Positions 58,395 through 64,000 of a DNA stretch of 64,000 nt are shown here, piece after piece (position 1 is the stretch's first letter; each line of letters starts with the position of its first letter). The notes beneath the pieces were generated by a model. It saw only the letters and a program-made list of their open reading frames with translations, ran no database searches and was not told where the DNA came from. Made by a program: the position numbers and the translations under genes. Source of the DNA: Bacteroidia bacterium (GTDB taxonomy: Bacteria; Bacteroidota; Bacteroidia; Bacteroidales; CAJPTX01); assembly GCA_905373475.1 (NCBI GenBank), contig CAJPTC010000008.1:490-64489 (forward strand), given 5' to 3'.

Positions 58395-61300
58395 CTACTT
58401 CACCACTCTTATCGACTTGGTGCGTCCTGTTTCCGTAGTAATACGTAAGATATAAAGTCCAGGTACAAGGCTCGTGGTTTCTATCACAGAGTCTTCTTGC
58501 TCAATACGACCACTCCGTACCACAAATCCCATCGTATTCACCAACTCATACCTAACGTTGGAAATTTCGCCGCTGTGCACGATACGTAGCTTTTCATTGA
58601 AAGGATTGGGGAGAACCGACAAGGAGACAAAATGGTCATCATCAACAGATAGAGTGCTATTCTGCTTTCTTACAGTCACCTCGCAAGTAGCGGTTTTCCC
58701 GTTCAGCGTAGCTGTTACATTTGCAACCCCTTCGCTCACCCCATATACCACACCCTGGCTCACGGTACATACTGATTCATTATCCGAAGTCCAGATTACT
58801 CCCGTTTTATCTGCATCCTCAGGTTCTGTAATAACACGCAGATAAGCATTATTGAGTTCATAAATGAGCAGCTTGTCCAAATTCAAACGGAAGCTTGCGG
58901 CAGGAACAACAGGGCGCACCGTCACCTTGAACGTAGTTTTTACGGCAGGATCTGTTGCCAGCATAGCCGTTACCTCAACAGGTTCATCGCCCGTGGAACT
59001 TAAGGCAATTATTTCCCCATTTGCTATTACAAACTTAGCAGGATCGTAGCCTTCAAATAGGAGTTGTTGCCCGATGGCATCGGCTGGCATGTATGTCACT
59101 TTAAGTTTTGCCCTTGTGCCCGCAGTGAGTGTAACATCTTCAATACTAATTGCAGTTACAAGCTCTGTTGTATTTGCATCTAGGACTTCGACTGTACATA
59201 CAGCCATTATTTTGGGATTAGATTGCAAAGAAGCCATGACGGCAACTGTTCCTTTTGCTACTCCAACTATTTTCCCGTTTTCGTCTACTGAGAGGATATC
59301 TGGGTTTGAACTACGCCATTCCAATTTACGATCCGTTACATCGGCAGGCGTGTATATAACGGTAATATTTCGAACATCTCCCACCTTAATACGCAGCAGT
59401 TGTGAATTCATTACGATGCTTAGCGGTGAGCTTGGTTCTTTTACTTTAATACGGCATGTAGCCTTTTTCGTAGGATCGGAATGCAATTGCGCCGTAATTT
59501 CTATTCCTTGGCTATTAGGTGCAAGTCCGCGTACATACCCTTCACGTACTTGGACAACATCTGGGTCTTCCGATGTCCAATCCATCCAACGATCAGTAGC
59601 ACCTTCTGGTTGAAATACCAGTTTTTCGTTCAAATTTAGTTCTGTATTGAACTCTATCTCGAATTCTTTCGGTTCAAAATCAAAGCTCGTTGTCGCCACT
59701 TTCGGCACAACTGTTATTTCACACTCCGACTTAACATCAGGATTCCCCTTCAAACTCACCAACACTTTTCCCGTGCCTTCCTTCACACCTTTTACAATTT
59801 GCTCCTCTTCATTGAAAGAGAGAACATTGTCAGCATCTTCTATCTTCCACTCCAGTGTATATTTTGTGGCATTGATGGGCTGTACAAACACTGCAAGTTT
59901 ATACTCGTCGCCTTCTCCGATTTTAATAGACTGCGGACGCAGTTCGATAGACTTAGGCTGTACATGCGGATGTACCGAGACGTTGCATATTGCCGAAATT
60001 TGTGGTGCAGACTTCAATACGACCTTAATAGTAGCTGTTCCAGCTTCCTTCGCCTTTAAGTAACCGTTTTCATCTACCTCAACAATATCTTCGCTTGTTG
60101 TAGTCCAAAGCACATCACGATCTGTTGCATCCTCTGGCTGAAATTTTAGAACAAGCTGACGTTCTTCGCCTGGGAATAGTCCGAGATTGACAGGATCCAG
60201 TATGAGCTTTTCAGCAGCCACCTTGCTCACACACTGCACTTTTACCTTCAATTCAACATTGCTATTGACATCAGCTCCGATTGCTTTAATAGTAATCTCT
60301 ACAGGTCCACCTATCTGTTCGCCTACCACTTCCGCCGTTTCAGCATCTACACTAATGATTGTAGGATCGGCAGAGCTGCAAGCAACTTCTTTATTACTAA
60401 CTCCTTCGGGCAAAAGCTTGTAACGTAATTTGTACTTTTCACCTAAGCCTATTTTCACAAGTGGCTCTCCAACAAGTTCAATTCCTTGTACAGGGTTGTT
60501 ATAAACGTCTACTTTGCATACGTCATAGACAAGTTTATTCTCTACGCTGTAGACTCTGATAAGAACTTGTCCTTCCTTTAGTCCGTATACTCTTCCGTCC
60601 TGATCGACTGTAGCGATCTCTTCATCGCCACTTTCCCAGTACAGCTTCTTATTGGAAGCGTTTGTAGGCGTAACCGATACACTAAGATTGCGCGAAGAGC
60701 CTAGCAGTAACGGGAAGCTATGCCCAGAGAGATAACGTACGTCTTCGACAGAGACATAGTCATCAAGAACTCTTACATTAACCTTTGCTTCTTTTCCATT
60801 AGAGCTTTTTGCAACTAGCTTACAATTTCCGACTCTTAAACCCGTAATTACAGGCTCCGTTGTAGCATCGATCGATGCGATGGTATTATCGCCTTCAAAT
60901 TCAAAAATTACCTTCTGATCTGTTGTGTTCTTAGGGGTAAAAAAGACCTTGGGATACACTTTTGTCCCAACTCCGAGTCTGATTTCATTGGGATGGATCT
61001 GTATTTTTTCTGCGTCAAGACTCTTTACATTGATGGTTAACGTTTTCGTAACTCGTTCATTCGCATCCTCTACATCAAAGGTCTCGACAGTGACAGTTAC
61101 CGTTCCTTCTTTTAGTCCTTTTATCCGTCCAGAAGTCTCGTCTTTTATTTCTACAAACTCTTTGTCGGCATCAGAGACTTTGAAAGTAATTCTTTGAGGC
61201 CATGATGCGTTGTAGGGAGAGATCTTCATTCTCCGTCGCAAATCGAGCACATCGCCAATAGCTAGGTCGTATTCCGTTTTTTCCCACTTCAAATCAAGAA

Positions 61301-63890
61301 TAGGAAGATAGACTTCCACATCGCATAGATTGTGGAGTGGTGGATTTACCATGCTGTTGCTCGTAACTCTTACAACCGCCTTGCCAGGAATTAGACCTTC
61401 GACCATGGAAGTAGCGTTGTCGTAGGCAATTCGTTTGGGTGTTATCGGTTCAGTCGCAAATTGAATACCAGTAACTCCCTTTTGTTCTTGTATTTTAAGC
61501 TCCTTCTTTTGTCCGACTTTCAGACGCATGTTATAAACAGTGAGGGTGAGGTTTCTATCTGCTACATATTTATCGTTGAGAAACTGGAAGGCTTTTGCTG
61601 TCTTAAGTTGCGTATCGTGTATATACTTATTGCTATAATAAAGCCCATTTGCTTGTATCGTCGGTTTTCTGATCGTTTTATTCGCTTCCCATTCTTCTAG
61701 CGTACGATTGTATGCGTCTACCGACAATCCACTCCCATCAATACCAATTTGTCCGCCTTCGGGAAGAGAGGAATAATCCCAATTACCAATGGGGTGTTGC
61801 ATTCCCTTAGCATTTGTGAAGACATTGGCGAAGTTGGAAACATTTTTTGTATTCCAGTGCGTGACTCCGTATACATTACCTTTCGCATTGTAGAACATTC
61901 CTTGCAGTGATGAAACCCTTTCGATGTTCCAGTCGCTGAAATCGGTATTTGCACAATTCGAGTTGGCGAACATGTAAACAAAGGATGTGGCAGAATGTAC
62001 ATCCCACTTGGAAAGATCTCCGATAAAAGCCGATGCACCATTGAAAGCGTTCGTGAAGTTTTCCACTTCTCCGACGTTCCAGATCCCGATATGTTCTCCC
62101 AGAAACATCACAGCGTCACGGAATACACCATCCATTCGTTTAACATGCGATACATCCCAACGGCGTAGATCGGCATTAAACACCTTACAGCCATTGAACA
62201 TATTGTCCATACGTTGCAAGTTCTTAAAGCGCCACCTTGATAGGTTTGCATTAAACTTCTCGCAGCCAATGAACATTGCATTTGCGTCGGTTACATTTTC
62301 CACGTTCCATGAACTGATATCGGCATTAAATGCCTTACAACCTGAAAACATGGAACTGGTATTGATCGCGGAACGCATTCTCCATCTTGAGAGATCTGCA
62401 TTGAAACTAGCGCACTGAAAAAACATTGCGTAGAAGTCGGTCGACTGCGAAACGTCCCAATTTTGAAGATCTCCATTAAAACTGCTACAGCCGTAAAACA
62501 TTTCACGGAAAGTGATACCTGCTCCGACATCCCATTTGCTAAAGTCCGTTTTTAAGTCGGGGCAATATGCAAACATTCCTTGGAAGTTTTTTACCTTAGA
62601 CACATCCCAATCTTTGAGATCCTCCTTCATGTTTCCACAGTAGCGGAACATAGCCCCCATACTGACAGCATTTCCGACCTTCCACTTCGCAATGCCCTTC
62701 CCATCATACTCTATACAATTATTAAAGAGTCCGTAGAAGTTTTCCACGTTGTCTACATGCCATGCTGTTAGATCTGCCTTAAATCTTTTACACCCTGAAA
62801 AAGTAGATTCGAGACTTACAATCTTATGATTCTTATCCAATAGCCACTGCTCTACTCCTTGCCCCGTGATATTGGAACAATTAGTAAAAAGATTAGACAA
62901 AGAGGTAACTTTCTTGAGTTTTCCCGCCCAATTAGAAAAGTCTAAATTCTTTGACGCGCCTAGGAGCCAACAATCATAAAACATATAAGTGATGAGCGTA
63001 ACACTCTCAATATTCCAATCGGTAGGATCAAAATTTAATGTTTTGCATCCGTAAAACGTACAATAGAAGTTTGTTACACGATTTACCTTCGTAGCCCACT
63101 TCTCTAAGCCTTCCCCCTTAAAGTTCAGACAGCCTTGAAATGTCTGCGACATGTTTGTAACCTTGCCAACTTCCCAATTGTCGATTTTGACATTAAAAGA
63201 GGTTGCTCTACAAAATGTACGGTTGAGAGTTTCTACGTTCCTGATGTCCCAGTTTGCAATTTTTGGGTCATTAAACTGTGAGCAGTCTTCAAACATTGCC
63301 AAAAGCGTCCTGACATTTTGCAACTTCCACTTACCTTGTGGGTCTACTATTTTTAGACTGCTACAGCCTTTGAACATATAAGATAGATCTTCGCACAGTG
63401 TAAGATCTGGTTCTCCTTTGGTCGTACTAGATATCTCGAGGTTGATGCAATTGGCAAATGCGCTGTTGAGATTTCTCCATTTACCCGTTCCCCACTGCTC
63501 TATGCTTAAAAGAGCGTTTACAGTGCCCTGTGCAACCTCACCGCCAGGCGCTGACATGGAGAACTTATCAATATCTCCCTTGATCTCGAGGATGTAGGTT
63601 TTATTGGGTGTAGTAGAGAATTTAAAACACATATTGTTTTTGGGGTCATTGCTGTATTTCTGTGCAGCACCGAAAGCAGGTACTGGGGTGGTGTTTGCCT
63701 CATAACAACGAACCTGCGCATTTTGACTCTCAAAAGGCACTACTATTTGTGTACCTGTTGGTTTCCACTTCGTCACAAACGCATTCACATCGTAATTTGC
63801 AGCTTTCGCCGAACATACTACTCCTAGCAGAAGCCAAAGAGAGAAAAGGCATCCATAGCCCCATTCCCAATGAGATTTTCTATTCACCAT
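58395..63890 (-). CDS. Giant T9SS-secreted surface protein: 25/26-residue LRR-like (DUF285/BspA-type) repeats, many Big_2 Ig-like domains, type-A CTD
   Basis: The 1831-aa product has a signal peptide and roughly 20 copies of F.gC..FN.DLS.W(D/N)V..V..M..MF. At least 10 modules of about 85-90 aa follow, with L.W.S.(D/N)..I..VD..G.V.G...G. The tail is LPNPFNEKLRI...LVPGLYILRITT...KSIRVVK. Confidence 0.85.
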   Translation of the reverse strand: MVNRKSHWEWGYGCLFSLWLLLGVVCSAKAANYDVNAFVTKWKPTGTQIVVPFESQNAQVRCYEANTTPVPAFGAAQKYSNDPKNNMCFKFSTTPNKTYILEIKGDIDKFSMSAPGGEVAQGTVNALLSIEQWGTGKWRNLNSAFANCINLEISSTTKGEPDLTLCEDLSYMFKGCSSLKIVDPQGKWKLQNVRTLLAMFEDCSQFNDPKIANWDIRNVETLNRTFCRATSFNVKIDNWEVGKVTNMSQTFQGCLNFKGEGLEKWATKVNRVTNFYCTFYGCKTLNFDPTDWNIESVTLITYMFYDCWLLGASKNLDFSNWAGKLKKVTSLSNLFTNCSNITGQGVEQWLLDKNHKIVSLESTFSGCKRFKADLTAWHVDNVENFYGLFNNCIEYDGKGIAKWKVGNAVSMGAMFRYCGNMKEDLKDWDVSKVKNFQGMFAYCPDLKTDFSKWDVGAGITFREMFYGCSSFNGDLQNWDVSQSTDFYAMFFQCASFNADLSRWRMRSAINTSSMFSGCKAFNADISSWNVENVTDANAMFIGCEKFNANLSRWRFKNLQRMDNMFNGCKVFNADLRRWDVSHVKRMDGVFRDAVMFLGEHIGIWNVGEVENFTNAFNGASAFIGDLSKWDVHSATSFVYMFANSNCANTDFSDWNIERVSSLQGMFYNAKGNVYGVTHWNTKNVSNFANVFTNAKGMQHPIGNWDYSSLPEGGQIGIDGSGLSVDAYNRTLEEWEANKTIRKPTIQANGLYYSNKYIHDTQLKTAKAFQFLNDKYVADRNLTLTVYNMRLKVGQKKELKIQEQKGVTGIQFATEPITPKRIAYDNATSMVEGLIPGKAVVRVTSNSMVNPPLHNLCDVEVYLPILDLKWEKTEYDLAIGDVLDLRRRMKISPYNASWPQRITFKVSDADKEFVEIKDETSGRIKGLKEGTVTVTVETFDVEDANERVTKTLTINVKSLDAEKIQIHPNEIRLGVGTKVYPKVFFTPKNTTDQKVIFEFEGDNTIASIDATTEPVITGLRVGNCKLVAKSSNGKEAKVNVRVLDDYVSVEDVRYLSGHSFPLLLGSSRNLSVSVTPTNASNKKLYWESGDEEIATVDQDGRVYGLKEGQVLIRVYSVENKLVYDVCKVDVYNNPVQGIELVGEPLVKIGLGEKYKLRYKLLPEGVSNKEVACSSADPTIISVDAETAEVVGEQIGGPVEITIKAIGADVNSNVELKVKVQCVSKVAAEKLILDPVNLGLFPGEERQLVLKFQPEDATDRDVLWTTTSEDIVEVDENGYLKAKEAGTATIKVVLKSAPQISAICNVSVHPHVQPKSIELRPQSIKIGEGDEYKLAVFVQPINATKYTLEWKIEDADNVLSFNEEEQIVKGVKEGTGKVLVSLKGNPDVKSECEITVVPKVATTSFDFEPKEFEIEFNTELNLNEKLVFQPEGATDRWMDWTSEDPDVVQVREGYVRGLAPNSQGIEITAQLHSDPTKKATCRIKVKEPSSPLSIVMNSQLLRIKVGDVRNITVIYTPADVTDRKLEWRSSNPDILSVDENGKIVGVAKGTVAVMASLQSNPKIMAVCTVEVLDANTTELVTAISIEDVTLTAGTRAKLKVTYMPADAIGQQLLFEGYDPAKFVIANGEIIALSSTGDEPVEVTAMLATDPAVKTTFKVTVRPVVPAASFRLNLDKLLIYELNNAYLRVITEPEDADKTGVIWTSDNESVCTVSQGVVYGVSEGVANVTATLNGKTATCEVTVRKQNSTLSVDDDHFVSLSVLPNPFNEKLRIVHSGEISNVRYELVNTMGFVVRSGRIEQEDSVIETTSLVPGLYILRITTETGRTKSIRVVK

Positions 63891-64000
63891 ATCTGTACTT
63901 ATTTATTTCTGCATCAAAAAAAATTACGACGCGACCCAAGTTCAATACCTTCCCTTACAAAAACTTTTTTCGCTCTATTACAAACCTCTAGACGTTTATC

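Noticed and set aside
58395-63890. Periodic sequence considered as a CRISPR array or tandem DNA satellite
   Set aside because: The periodicity is at the protein-domain level (about 75-78 nt LRR-like units and about 260 nt Ig units) within one uninterrupted ORF. The units are diverged at the nucleotide level, with no identical direct repeats and no spacers.

Overview
This 64-kb chromosomal segment reads like an anaerobic, amino-acid-fermenting member of the Bacteroidales (Porphyromonas/Tannerella-like). That guess rests on gene content, SusC/SusD, T9SS sorting domains and TAnnTTTG promoter boxes. I could not run any search, so every family call comes from motifs read in the translations and from remembered family sequences.

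I count about 47 protein genes (about 80% on the minus strand) and one tRNA-Arg(TCT). I saw no rRNA, CRISPR array, transposase or integrase.

Gene order, left to right:
- 1-5.5 kb: ClC channel (cut by the window edge and missing from the ORF track), PepE, CPBP protease, secreted nuclease, EamA transporter.
- 5.6-10.7 kb: methionine gamma-lyase, then a Na+-pumping methylmalonyl-CoA decarboxylase operon.
- 11-19.8 kb: WbpE-like aminotransferase, Lnt, RluD, a T9SS cargo protein, a PASTA protein, and a WbpA/WbpD-like sugar-nucleotide pair.
- 19.8-21.5 kb: an AT-rich HaeIII-like restriction-modification insert.
- 21.9-24.4 kb: a selenium module (class V desulfurase/lyase, DUF3343, SelD).
- 24.5-31.3 kb: KorAB, a class III Fic, and FeoB with a membrane-anchored DtxR-FeoA fusion.
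- 31.8-39.7 kb: a small acidic protein, DUF5686, MsrB and an orphan SusC/SusD pair.
- 39.9-50.7 kb: a propeller/Y_Y_Y sensor fused to a PP2C phosphatase, a T9SS type-B cargo protein, and an OstA-like/SurA/parvulin envelope cluster.
- 50.7-58.1 kb: a 220-bp inverted-repeat-bounded element, GuaB, MscL, tRNA, DUF4294, a four-subunit 2-oxoacid:ferredoxin oxidoreductase and an aminotransferase.
- 58.4-63.9 kb: a 1831-aa repeat-rich T9SS surface protein.

Most worth a second look:
- The NmFic-like Fic has an intact active site, but its auto-inhibitory glutamate position reads glycine.
- The HaeIII-like R-M pair has a methyltransferase with an internal deletion and a mutated catalytic PC motif, next to an apparently full-length endonuclease.
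- A 220-bp intergenic element is bounded by perfect 20-bp inverted repeats. It could be an inverton, a MITE or a structured RNA.
- A periplasmic sensor is fused to a PP2C phosphatase beside a SusC/SusD pair.
- A DtxR-type regulator is membrane-tethered and fused to two FeoA domains, upstream of FeoB.

I found no clearly complete, previously undescribed multi-gene system. All of the above are hypotheses that need searches or experiments.
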